Source: Rhodococcus sp. (in: high G+C Gram-positive bacteria) (GTDB lineage Bacteria > Actinomycetota > Actinomycetes > Mycobacteriales > Mycobacteriaceae). From it: a stretch of 64,000 nt of DNA. Location of the stretch: NCBI GenBank assembly GCA_012514505.1, contig JAAZAD010000185.1:1367-65366 (forward strand), written 5' to 3'. The notes beneath the pieces were generated by a model. The model saw nothing but the letters and a program-made list of their open reading frames with translations. It was not told where the DNA came from and made no database searches. Shown piece by piece: positions 23,442 through 32,923 of the stretch (position 1 is its first letter; each line of letters starts with the position of its first letter). The translations under genes were made by a program, and so were the position numbers.

Positions 23442-25517
23442 TCAGATCAGAGGCTTGTCACTGGGCAGGCTGATCCAACTCGGCGCTGCCGGGTCCAGCA
23501 CGATGTGCTCCGGCGCCAACTGCGTGTCGTGGGAGACCGGACCGAGGCTGACCGCACGGGATGCATTGAGGGCGTAAACGCTCAAACGCAGTCGGTGGCC
23601 GGGTTGCAGCACGGCATCGGTTGCGAGCGCGCCGACGTCGAGCGTCACCGCCTCGCCCGGGGTCACCGGTTCGCGGGTGTTGACGTCGAGCAGGTAGTAC
23701 GGGTCGACGAGATCACCGTTCGGTGCATAGCCGGAACGCTCCGGGACGAGCTGATTGCGAAGCGACGCAGTCATCGCACCCGTGCTGATCACCGTCGATG
23801 TCCCGTCCGGAGCCACATCGCTGACCGTGACGCTGTAGAAGCCGTCCGGCTTGTCGAACATCGCATTGAGGTGAACGTTGATGGGTCCGTTGATCGAGAC
23901 CGGCTCGTTCACGGCCGGCGAGGTGAAGGTGAGTGCGTTGGATTCGGCAATTCCGTTGTCTGCCGCGCAGATGTCGAACGGCACCAGAAGGCCGGTGCTG
24001 TCGCGCACCGTGTCGTTGGAGCACAACGTGCTGATACCGGGTGCGATCGTCCATGTCGCAGCAGTGTCCGGTGCCGCACCCGACAGGGTTCCGTCCGCCA
24101 CGGCGTGACCTGCTGTGCCGCTCGATCGAGGATCGAGATACAACCGACGGTGTTGCTGGTCGTCCCGCGGGATGGTGGGCGATTGCTCCCAGCCGCCGCC
24201 GATCGCGTGGCTCGTCACGGGTGCATACCGCTCGATACCGTTGTCGATGCCCTTGAGCCACTTGTCGAACCATGCTCGTTGCAGCACGTCGATTCGCGGT
24301 GGCTCACCCGGCTTGCCCATGTCCGCACCGGGCGTCACGTGGTAGCCGGTACCCATGATCAACTTCTTCTCGTCCGGTCCGAGGCTGCTGAGCTGATCGA
24401 GCTGACGCCACTCCGCGTTGGTGAAGATATCGCGCCAACCGCCGATGGCAAACGTCGGCGTCGTGATCGCGGCGGTATCGGTCCGGAAATCTGCCCGCAG
24501 CTTCGATGTCGCCGTGACCAATTCCTGCGCCTTCGGCGATGCTTCCTTCGGGTCTGCGACCCTCATCGCGTCGAAGATCTCCTGGAACATCACGGCCGGG
24601 TTCTCGATGCGCGATTGCAGCCATACCGGGTCGATGTGACCACGCAACAGGTCGCTGCCCTCGGGCATCATCTTCGCGCTGTTGACCAGGGTCAGCCACA
24701 TCGTGAGGAAGCCGACTCCGAGCCCGCCGCCGGGCGCGACGATGTCCGGGATGAAGTCGGTCATCGGCTCGACCGCGAACAGTGCGTCGAGACCTTCCGG
24801 CGTACGCGATGCGGCCTGCAATTGGTTGATCGCCGAGTAGGAAACGCCCGACATGCCGAGGCGGCCGTTCGACCACGGTTGTGTCCGCGCCCAGTCGAGC
24901 ACCTCGATCGTGTCCAGTTGCTCGCGCTCGCCGAGCGTTTCCCAGACACCTTGCGAGGTTCCCGTACCACGAACATCGACGACGACCTGCGTGTAACCGC
25001 TCTTGATGAGCTCCTGGTCGACAGCGAAGGAGTCGGTCACGCCACCGGACAGCACGTCCCGCAGCTGATTGGCGCCGGAGATCGGTGTTCCGGCGAAGTT
25101 CAGCGAGTTGATCCAGTCGATCAGGACCGGCGAGACCCCGGGGATGTTGAGAGCAGCGTCCGTAATCGCCGTCGTCAACTTGTTGTAGGGCGTGAGATTG
25201 ACGATCACGGGGTTCTGGTCGGGGGTGGCCGAACCGTTCTCTTCTGCCGGCCGATACACGTCAGCGCGCAGGACCACACCGTCCGACATCGGGATCGACA
25301 CCCCGTGCGTGACGGCGATACCGGGGTACTGTCCAGGGGCCTCGTGCGTCTGGGTCCACTCCGGCGGACTCAAGCCGATGTCAGCGGGCTGGGCCGAGGT
25401 CGGCGCGGCGGTGACGACCGCCAGTAGCGCAACCACGAGCGAACAGACAAGACTCGCTCCCAACCGGCGCGTGGTGTTGGATACGACACTGTTCGCGCCG
25501 GCTGTTGCGTGGACCAT
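23442..25517 (-). CDS. CocE/NonD family serine hydrolase, secreted
   Basis: DGVVLRAD, TPYNK, DVRGTG.S.G, GVSYSA nucleophile, GGW.D; signal peptide. Confidence 0.9.
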   Translation of the reverse strand: MVHATAGANSVVSNTTRRLGASLVCSLVVALLAVVTAAPTSAQPADIGLSPPEWTQTHEAPGQYPGIAVTHGVSIPMSDGVVLRADVYRPAEENGSATPDQNPVIVNLTPYNKLTTAITDAALNIPGVSPVLIDWINSLNFAGTPISGANQLRDVLSGGVTDSFAVDQELIKSGYTQVVVDVRGTGTSQGVWETLGEREQLDTIEVLDWARTQPWSNGRLGMSGVSYSAINQLQAASRTPEGLDALFAVEPMTDFIPDIVAPGGGLGVGFLTMWLTLVNSAKMMPEGSDLLRGHIDPVWLQSRIENPAVMFQEIFDAMRVADPKEASPKAQELVTATSKLRADFRTDTAAITTPTFAIGGWRDIFTNAEWRQLDQLSSLGPDEKKLIMGTGYHVTPGADMGKPGEPPRIDVLQRAWFDKWLKGIDNGIERYAPVTSHAIGGGWEQSPTIPRDDQQHRRLYLDPRSSGTAGHAVADGTLSGAAPDTAATWTIAPGISTLCSNDTVRDSTGLLVPFDICAADNGIAESNALTFTSPAVNEPVSINGPINVHLNAMFDKPDGFYSVTVSDVAPDGTSTVISTGAMTASLRNQLVPERSGYAPNGDLVDPYYLLDVNTREPVTPGEAVTLDVGALATDAVLQPGHRLRLSVYALNASRAVSLGPVSHDTQLAPEHIVLDPAAPSWISLPSDKPLI

Positions 25518-25584
25518 AGCCCGGGAGTTTACACAACCTTACTGTCGAGTAGCAACCGTGAGATCTCACAGCGTGGAAAACGCT

Positions 25585-26412
25585 CTACGGTGCGAGAACG
25601 AACCCCAGACATTCCTCGAGGACCCTCTCGGACGAGTCGATGTCGCGGTTCTCCACACGGGTGAAGCGCGCGTCGGAGCCGGCACGCTGGAGCAGCGATC
25701 CGACCCGCCCGTAATTCTCACGCAGCAGTGCGAGGCTCTCCAGGTTCTCGTGCGCTTCCCGGGCGCCGCCACGCTCCGCACATCGCCGCGCTGCCTCGGC
25801 CGGTGGGGTATCGAGCCAGATGACCACGTCCGGCAGTGTCGTGCGATACGCCTCGCCGAAGATCCGCACGGTGTCGACCGGTTCTTTGTTCAAGGTTGCC
25901 ACCACGTCGTCGATGATCGTGTTCAGGTCTCCGCCGACCCCCACCCTCCCCTGCTGGAGGGTTTGCCACTGCTGCCCGGACCGGCGCGCACCCGGTAGCC
26001 ACCTCTCGACCTCGTTCCACAGGTGATCGAGATGCCCGCTGTCGCGACGCGGAACCTTCGCCAGGCGCCCGTACAACGGGCCGTAGACCAGGGTTTCGAT
26101 GAGCGGATGCCGTTCGCACACAAGCACGTCGGGCTGATAGTTCTGCAGGAAGAAGTTCTCCACGGGCCCGTACAGCGTCATGCGTAGATACAGCGTGGCT
26201 GCTTTGATCCGCGCATCTCCGGCGCGGTCGGCTTCCTCGCCGAGTGCCTTGAGCTGCCGAGACAGCTCATGCAGGGGTCCGTTCGGGCTGTCATGGAAGT
26301 CCGGGCAACTGACCGAAACGATCCTCGCGTCCGCGGTGTGCTCTCGAATCTGCGCAATCAGCGAGGACTTACCGCAGCCGTCGATACCGACGACGGCCAC
26401 CCGGCGGGTCAC
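25585..26412 (-). CDS. Thymidylate-kinase-like P-loop kinase (divergent)
   Basis: GIDGCGKS P-loop; CERHP; LPDVVIWLD.PP..A..R; last gene of the operon. Confidence 0.7.
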   Translation of the reverse strand: MTRRVAVVGIDGCGKSSLIAQIREHTADARIVSVSCPDFHDSPNGPLHELSRQLKALGEEADRAGDARIKAATLYLRMTLYGPVENFFLQNYQPDVLVCERHPLIETLVYGPLYGRLAKVPRRDSGHLDHLWNEVERWLPGARRSGQQWQTLQQGRVGVGGDLNTIIDDVVATLNKEPVDTVRIFGEAYRTTLPDVVIWLDTPPAEAARRCAERGGAREAHENLESLALLRENYGRVGSLLQRAGSDARFTRVENRDIDSSERVLEECLGFVLAP

Positions 26413-27059
26413 CGCAGCACCTCGTCACGCACGGCGGCAAGCATTCTCGCTGTCAGCTTCTTGGGATCGCCGGTGCCGTCGAGTCTCGTCCAGCCGAGCT
26501 CCGTGCACAGTCCGGCCAGCACCTCCTGGCTGCGCGTCTGGAACTCGACGAACGCGACCGCATCCCCGTAACCACTCTCGTAATCGCTGCGTTGTTCCTT
26601 GCGGGACAGGGCCGTCTCCGGCGAGATCTCCAGGAAGAACGTGAGGTCCGGAACCGGAAACCCTTCGGTCCACGCGCGCAGCACTTCCGGGTCACCGCCG
26701 TGAGCGACCTCAGTCGCGAAGTACTTGTACCAGTGCGCATTCAGCAGAACGATGTCCGGCGACTGCTCGAGGGCCAGGTCCAATGCGACATGCAGTGCAT
26801 GGAACAGAAAGTGTGCGCGCGCACCCGGGCCGAGTATTCGCAGATATGCGAAGACGTCCTCACGCCGTCCGAACGGGAGCTTGCTCGCCACATGAGGGTC
26901 GGTGAAGGCGTCCCAGATGCTCACCTCTGCGACGCTCCGGCCGTCTGCAGCCAGAGCTGCGGCGAGCGCGGCGACCTGCGTGCTCTTCCCGGAAGCGTCG
27001 CCGCCCGAAATGCAGATCATCGGCACACCGTCAGTCGAGTGCTTGTCAGTCGAGCTCAT
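26409..27059 (-). CDS. Thymidylate-kinase-like P-loop kinase (divergent)
   Basis: SGGDASGKSTQ P-loop; PVPDLTFFLEISPE.A..R; canonical DR motif replaced by NAH; start uncertain (27059 or 27110). Confidence 0.72.
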   Translation of the reverse strand: MSSTDKHSTDGVPMICISGGDASGKSTQVAALAAALAADGRSVAEVSIWDAFTDPHVASKLPFGRREDVFAYLRILGPGARAHFLFHALHVALDLALEQSPDIVLLNAHWYKYFATEVAHGGDPEVLRAWTEGFPVPDLTFFLEISPETALSRKEQRSDYESGYGDAVAFVEFQTRSQEVLAGLCTELGWTRLDGTGDPKKLTARMLAAVRDEVLR

Positions 27060-29745
27060 CGAGACGCTCCACTCGTCCGGTTGCGCCGTCGAGCCGGACT
27101 CGTTCCCCATCTCTGATGAACGACATCAGCCCGGGCACGCCCACCACGGCCGGAATGCCGAGTTCCCTTGCCAGCACCGCGGAATGCGACAACGTGCTGC
27201 CACGCTCGATGAGCAGACCCTTTACGCTGGGGAACAGCGGGCCCCAGCCCGGGTCGGTTCGCATCGTCGTCATGATCTTGCCCCGCACGTCCAGATCGTC
27301 GTTAGGGCTCAGCACCACCTGGACCTGCCCCTCGACGATGCCCGGCCAACAGCCGGTACCGTGCACGACCCGTTCGTCCCCGTCGCCGCCGGGCGCCGGA
27401 TTCACCGCCGCATGCGAGAAACCGTAAGGCGGGCCACTGGTTTCGAACTGATTCGGCGGTTCGGTGTCCTCGTACCCGGCGAACTCCGTGATCCGGGCTC
27501 GGGCCACCGCAGCAAGATCCGCGGTCATCGACCGGCCTTCCGCAAAGGCCGTGATCTCGTCCATCGTCAGATAGAAGACGTGCCGGGGCTCGTCCAACTG
27601 CCCTGCATCGCACAGCAGCTCGCCGATCCGGCTGTACACGGCGCGGCCGACGCCGACGATCCTGGTTCGAGTCAGTCGCATACGCTCCCGGTCACGAACT
27701 CCGATGCGCGCCTTGCGAACCACGCGGGCCACACGTTCACGCTGCAACCGAGGCAGCGCGCCGAGAACGTCCCGTTCGAACGTCGACTGCCGCTCGTCGT
27801 GAGCGCGCTCGAACGACTCCGCGTCGATCGTCTCGTCGCGGACGTAGTTGCGCAGAATCGTCGCCACGAAGGACGGGTCCTGCCGTAGAGATATGGTCTC
27901 GAGCTTCTGCTCGCCCATGCAGCGATCGCCGTAGAGCTCGATGTAGCGGTCCAGCTCGCCGGTCACATCGGCCGATGCGGCGCGTACCGCGTCGTAGCCG
28001 GAGCGAGCGTCGCCCGTGTACAGCGCCTCGGCCAGCGCCTCGTCCTTGCGGATACGAGCGGCCAATCGCATCAGAATGATGGTGGGCTGCAACGACTCGA
28101 CGGCTTCCTCGGATGCCAGCAATCCTGCGACGATCTCTTCCGACGCGGCCTCCCCGTCCTGTGCCAGCAGGCGCCTTGCCCGTCCGGCCTGGTTACTCAG
28201 GTAGAGGTCGTTGAGGATCTGCACGGACCAGCGTCCGAACAGGTTCAGCCCTCGTTCGGCCAGTTCGAGCAGTTGCTCGAGGTCCTTCGCCTCGGTGAGA
28301 TCCCTGCCGATTCGGTCGACCTCTCCGCCCACTTCCCGCTGGAACTGGTCGACGAGCTTGCCTCGGTTCGCCATCCGCCATGCCAGCACCACGAACACCG
28401 GCGCCAACTGCGGAACCGAAGCCAGCCGTTCACGGGTGCTCGCGTGAATCCCCTCGATGAAGTCGACCGGATTCTCGACGCCGATCATTCTCTCGACATC
28501 GTCTTTGTTGCGGTCGAAGAAGGGCGCCATCCGCAACACGCGATACCAGTTGTTGATGTTGTAGTACACCCGCCCCGATACGAGGCCGACCATGTTGCGC
28601 AGCACCTTCTCGTTCGCAGCCACCACATCGTCGCGGACACCGATCAGGTGCAGCGTTTCCCGGAAGATCACCTCGTAGACCTTCGACGCCCACGAGAACG
28701 TCAGCGGCAACGTCACTCCGTTGAAGGACTCTTGAATGTTGCTGTTGTCCCACACGGTTCGCCAGTCGCCGAGCGCCCCGGGCATCGCCGCGCTCGCCCG
28801 AGCGGTGATCGGACGGGTTTGCAGCACGATGAGCTGCCCGTCTCGGAACGTCCACTCGATGTCCTGTGGTCCGCCCAGTGCAGAGGCGATTCGCACGCCC
28901 TCCCTCACGAGGGTCCGAACCTGTTCGGGTTCGAGGCATCGCACCTCACGGCGATCGGCGGGAATATCCCGTTCTTCGACACCACCGTCGTCGACGCGAA
29001 CGAACTCGATGTCCTTGTCCGCCACGCGTGCCGATACTTCGGTTCCGTCGTGCTTCACGGTGAATTCGTCGACCGCGCACGCACCGTTGACCACGCCTTC
29101 GCCCAGTCCCCAGCATGCGCTGACCAACGCCTGGTCGGTGGATCCGGACACCGGATCCACGGTGAAGAGCACGCCCGACACGTCTCCGTCGATCATGTCC
29201 TGAATGATGACCGCGACCTCGGGCACCGCAGCGGGATCCGAGTTCTCGGTGCGGTAGTGCAGAGCCCGGGGACTGAAAGCCGACGCCCAGCAGCGTTTGA
29301 CGGCGTCCAGCACTTGGCCGTGGTCGGTGAGATACAGGTACGACTCGTAGATTCCTGCGTACGACCTGTCGGCACCGTCCTCGCCGACTGCGGAGCTGCG
29401 CACTGCGACAGGGCCGCGCCCGATCAGCACTGCGGCGACCGCGTCGGCCAGCGCGGCGTCGACGGGGGCATCGACGATCGTGCTTCGCAGCTTCTCGGCG
29501 ATGCGTTCACGGTCGGCCGGATCGTCGGCAGACGTCAGACGCTGATACAGCTCACCCGCATCACCACGGGTTACGTGAGCGGTGAACCATGAGGCGCCGA
29601 TGACCTCCCAGTCGGGCACGCGCGCATCGACCCCGGCGAGTTTCGCCAGACCTACCGCCTTGCCACCGGCCCACAGGCCGTCGTCGGTTGTCACCTGGTC
29701 GCCGCCGCACAGTACGGACGTGCGCTCAGCCGAGGCATTCTGCAT
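27046..29745 (-). CDS. PEP/pyruvate-binding + PEP-utiliser mobile-domain kinase (rifampin phosphotransferase-like architecture)
   Basis: GGKA..L, AVRSSA.GED, QDIEW, LQTRPIT; C-terminal TDPGW.PLF and GSTLSHSAVLARELGIPAVVG phospho-His motif; no pyruvate-binding barrel apparent. Confidence 0.9.
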   Translation of the reverse strand: MQNASAERTSVLCGGDQVTTDDGLWAGGKAVGLAKLAGVDARVPDWEVIGASWFTAHVTRGDAGELYQRLTSADDPADRERIAEKLRSTIVDAPVDAALADAVAAVLIGRGPVAVRSSAVGEDGADRSYAGIYESYLYLTDHGQVLDAVKRCWASAFSPRALHYRTENSDPAAVPEVAVIIQDMIDGDVSGVLFTVDPVSGSTDQALVSACWGLGEGVVNGACAVDEFTVKHDGTEVSARVADKDIEFVRVDDGGVEERDIPADRREVRCLEPEQVRTLVREGVRIASALGGPQDIEWTFRDGQLIVLQTRPITARASAAMPGALGDWRTVWDNSNIQESFNGVTLPLTFSWASKVYEVIFRETLHLIGVRDDVVAANEKVLRNMVGLVSGRVYYNINNWYRVLRMAPFFDRNKDDVERMIGVENPVDFIEGIHASTRERLASVPQLAPVFVVLAWRMANRGKLVDQFQREVGGEVDRIGRDLTEAKDLEQLLELAERGLNLFGRWSVQILNDLYLSNQAGRARRLLAQDGEAASEEIVAGLLASEEAVESLQPTIILMRLAARIRKDEALAEALYTGDARSGYDAVRAASADVTGELDRYIELYGDRCMGEQKLETISLRQDPSFVATILRNYVRDETIDAESFERAHDERQSTFERDVLGALPRLQRERVARVVRKARIGVRDRERMRLTRTRIVGVGRAVYSRIGELLCDAGQLDEPRHVFYLTMDEITAFAEGRSMTADLAAVARARITEFAGYEDTEPPNQFETSGPPYGFSHAAVNPAPGGDGDERVVHGTGCWPGIVEGQVQVVLSPNDDLDVRGKIMTTMRTDPGWGPLFPSVKGLLIERGSTLSHSAVLARELGIPAVVGVPGLMSFIRDGERVRLDGATGRVERLDELD

Positions 29746-32234
29746 TATTCGACCCTCATAGCGTTGATGATGTTCACTCGCGAAACCTTCCAGGCCGGTG
29801 GCAGCGCACCGAGAAGGCACAGGAAGAGTGCTCCTACCGCCATCGCGAACGAGAGCGGGACCAGTTCGAATGCGACGTCGACATTCCAAGCTCTCGACGA
29901 CGCGAGGTCGGCGACCACCTGCTGAACGAGCCCGAAGATCAGACCGAGCGCGCCGCCGACGAGTGCGATACCGGCGGACTCGGCGAAGACCATTGCCACG
30001 GTGAACTTGCGGCTCGAGCCGATCGCGCGCAGGACACCGAGTTCTCGGCGACGTTCGAGCACGGACAGCAGGAGTGTGTTGAGCAAAGCCACAGCGGCGA
30101 TGATCGTCACGATCACCCAGATCAGGTGATTGAGGCTCGTCGCCTGATTGAGCGCATCACCGAATCCCTCGACCGCATCGTCACCGGTATAGGCCAGCAC
30201 ACCCGGTGGCAGGATTTCACGGACCGCACCGAGTACCTGGTCGAGGTTCGCGTCTGGCGCAACCCGAATCTGCAGAGTCGATGCGTCGGTGTTGTCGAAC
30301 CACTGCTGCATGTCACCCAGGTTCATCGCCAGTGCGCCGCTGAGTGCCGAGAAGAAGGGCACTGCCGCGAGAACCGTCGTCCGCTGCGTTCCGGTGGCGG
30401 TCGGAACCGTCAACTCGTCGCCCGGCGACAGCGACAACGCTTCGGCCAGATCCTTCGACAGCACGACACCTTCGCCGGCCAGGACCTGTCGGCGCACCTC
30501 GCCACTGACACCGGCGACGAGCGGATTCGCCGCATCCGGGCCGATACCGAAGACCAGTGCGCGTTGATCACCGAGTGCGAGAAAACCGGTCTGGCCTTCC
30601 TCCACCGCGGCAACGCCGGATACTGATCCGGCCTGCTCGGCGAGGTCGGCCGGCAGGTGCGGGCCGGTTGCGAAAGTACCGGCGGGCGTGGTCGACACCC
30701 AGATGTCGGCTGTCCGAAGCGCCTCGAACGAATCCTTCGTCGAGTCCACTGCATTCGCGTTTCCGGCGCTGATCGCGAAGGTTGCGGCAACTGCCACCGA
30801 TACCGTCATCAAGATCGCCCAGGAGCGCTTCGGGGCGCGGGCGATGGTTTCACCGGCAACAGTGCCGGCGCTGCCGAACAGCCCGGCCACACGTGCGGCG
30901 CCTCTCACGAGCAGTCCACCGAACGCGAATCCGAGCAGGATCTCTGCCGCGAACATGGTCGTGATGCCGGAATTCGCGAGGATTCCCGGTTGCGTCATTG
31001 CGTTGAAGAAGGCGACCACGCCCAGCACGAGTCCCGCCACCGCGGCGACCACGCGCCATTTCGTCCGGATCACGTCGACGCTGGCCACGCCCACCGGCGC
31101 AAGGGCTTCGACCGGCGATACGCGATACACCTGACGTGCGGCCAACCCTGCCGCGCACACGCAGGCAACGACCGCAACAACGACGGCGAGCGGTATCGCC
31201 CACCAGGGAAGTGCGAACTCGACCTTCGCCGTCACCGATTGCAGGAACAGGTCGGGAAGCTGACCGATTGCGGCACGCCCGATGAACACACCGAACACCG
31301 AACCGATTGTGGCGCCGATCAATGCGAGCACTGCGGTCTCGAGCAGCAGATCGCCGACGATCGAGCGCCGGGTACCGCCGATGGCTCGGAGCATCGATAT
31401 CCGGGGACGTCGCCCGGCGACCGCCATGCTCATCGCCGTGTAGATGAGGAATGTCGCCACCAGGAATGCCATCGCGGCGGCGGAGATGGCTGTGAACTGA
31501 ATGAGTTCCACGCCGTTGCTGGCCTTGGTGCGCTCCGCGGTGGGTTCGCCGACCAGCGCACGGCCGTCGACGGCGGTCGTCACCTTCTGCTCGAGAACTT
31601 CCCCGTCGACTTCCGGCCCGGCCACAACGAGCACGGAGTTCAACTTGCCGACGTTTCCGGTCACGCTCTGGGCCAGCGGGAGGGGCGCGAATACGTAGTC
31701 GCCGCCGTTGAACCGTTCCGCCTCGGCACCTTCCAACACACCGGCAACCGTGACGTCGTGATTCTGCAGCCGAAGACGGTCACCTCTCTGGTAGCCGGTA
31801 CCCGGCCCGACCAGCACGCCGTTGTCGACGGTGAACAGTTGCGCCGCCTGACCCTGCACCTGGTCCTGGATGGGGCTGTGCAGAGCTGCAGCCGTCGTGT
31901 CGGTGCCCAGTAGAAGCACCGGGCCGTCGGGCGTGGTCACCGTGGTCTGCACCAACGGGACAGCATGCTCGACGCCCTCGACACCGGCCACGGCGGAGTA
32001 CACGTCGCCGCCGAAGCCGTCTCCCGACGCTGCCGCCACCTCCAGGGACGCCGTACCGGTCACACCTTCGGCAACGGTATCGATGGACTGGTTGATCGAC
32101 CCGATGATCGACAACACCGCGACGAGCAGTGCTGTGGAGACAGCCACGACCGCCGAGGAGGCCAGCGCACGTCCCCGGTGTTCGGACAGTTCCCGGACGC
32201 TGAAGACCCAGAGTCTGTCGAGCGCCGATCTCAC
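29745..32234 (-). CDS. ABC transporter permease, duplicated FtsX/MacB-type
   Basis: Two repeats: RRPRISMLRAIG and ERRRELGVLRAIG; GTG start overlapping the ATPase stop. Confidence 0.92.
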   Translation of the reverse strand: MRSALDRLWVFSVRELSEHRGRALASSAVVAVSTALLVAVLSIIGSINQSIDTVAEGVTGTASLEVAAASGDGFGGDVYSAVAGVEGVEHAVPLVQTTVTTPDGPVLLLGTDTTAAALHSPIQDQVQGQAAQLFTVDNGVLVGPGTGYQRGDRLRLQNHDVTVAGVLEGAEAERFNGGDYVFAPLPLAQSVTGNVGKLNSVLVVAGPEVDGEVLEQKVTTAVDGRALVGEPTAERTKASNGVELIQFTAISAAAMAFLVATFLIYTAMSMAVAGRRPRISMLRAIGGTRRSIVGDLLLETAVLALIGATIGSVFGVFIGRAAIGQLPDLFLQSVTAKVEFALPWWAIPLAVVVAVVACVCAAGLAARQVYRVSPVEALAPVGVASVDVIRTKWRVVAAVAGLVLGVVAFFNAMTQPGILANSGITTMFAAEILLGFAFGGLLVRGAARVAGLFGSAGTVAGETIARAPKRSWAILMTVSVAVAATFAISAGNANAVDSTKDSFEALRTADIWVSTTPAGTFATGPHLPADLAEQAGSVSGVAAVEEGQTGFLALGDQRALVFGIGPDAANPLVAGVSGEVRRQVLAGEGVVLSKDLAEALSLSPGDELTVPTATGTQRTTVLAAVPFFSALSGALAMNLGDMQQWFDNTDASTLQIRVAPDANLDQVLGAVREILPPGVLAYTGDDAVEGFGDALNQATSLNHLIWVIVTIIAAVALLNTLLLSVLERRRELGVLRAIGSSRKFTVAMVFAESAGIALVGGALGLIFGLVQQVVADLASSRAWNVDVAFELVPLSFAMAVGALFLCLLGALPPAWKVSRVNIINAMRVE

Positions 32235-32923
32235 TGGCCACCACCGGGTTCGTCGCTGCGCACGACACCGTCTCGCAGGGTGATGATGCGGTCGGTTGCC
32301 GCCGCGGCATCCATGTTGTGGGTCACGGTGATCACGACGCGAGGACGCTCGGTGTCGTGCGCGATGTCGGACAGGAGGCCCATCAACTGTTCCCCGGATT
32401 TGGTATCGAGGTTCCCGCTGGGTTCGTCCGCCAGGATCACCGGCGGATCCATCATCAGGGCTCGCGCCACGGCAACACGCTGCATCTGGCCGCCGGACAT
32501 CTCCGACGGCCGGTGCGCCGCGCGGTCGGCCAGATCGACCATCTCCAACAGCTCCATTGCCCGAGGCTTGGCCTTGCGCAGTGTTCCGCCGTCGAGCAAC
32601 GACGGGAGAGCGACGTTCTCCCACGCACTCATGGCGGGCAGGAGATTGAAGAACTGGAAGACGAAACCCATCGTGTTCCGGCGAAACTCGGACAAAGCGT
32701 CGTCGCCGAGGTCGCTCACGCTTCGCCCCTCGAACACCACATCTCCCGAGTCGGGTGTATCGAGAGTGCCGAGGACGTGGAGCAAGGTGCTCTTACCCGC
32801 TCCCGAAGGTCCGACGATGGAACTGAATGTGCCCTTGTCGAACTTCAGACTCACCGAATCGAGGGCTTGGACCTGTTGTCCGCCCACCGCATAGCGCTTG
32901 GATATCCCGGTCAGCTCGAGCAT
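32231..32923 (-). CDS. ABC transporter ATP-binding protein (LolD/MacB-like)
   Basis: GPSGAGKST, MSGGQMQRVAVARAL, ILADEP.GNLD. Confidence 0.96.
   Translation of the reverse strand: MLELTGISKRYAVGGQQVQALDSVSLKFDKGTFSSIVGPSGAGKSTLLHVLGTLDTPDSGDVVFEGRSVSDLGDDALSEFRRNTMGFVFQFFNLLPAMSAWENVALPSLLDGGTLRKAKPRAMELLEMVDLADRAAHRPSEMSGGQMQRVAVARALMMDPPVILADEPSGNLDTKSGEQLMGLLSDIAHDTERPRVVITVTHNMDAAAATDRIITLRDGVVRSDEPGGGQ

Noticed and set aside
23505-25427. 640-aa plus-strand ORF
   Set aside because: Antisense shadow of the CocE hydrolase; no motifs
22201-25517. CocE hydrolase and acyl-CoA dehydrogenase as genes 15-16 of the biosynthetic operon
   Set aside because: Separated by a 67-bp gap with its own TAAACT -10-like hexamer, and both are common genes; membership is unsupported though not excluded
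27046-29745. Call as PEP synthase (ppsA) or a bona fide rifampin-resistance gene
   Set aside because: Lacks the C-terminal pyruvate-binding barrel, sits mid-operon with no own promoter, and substrate cannot be inferred from architecture
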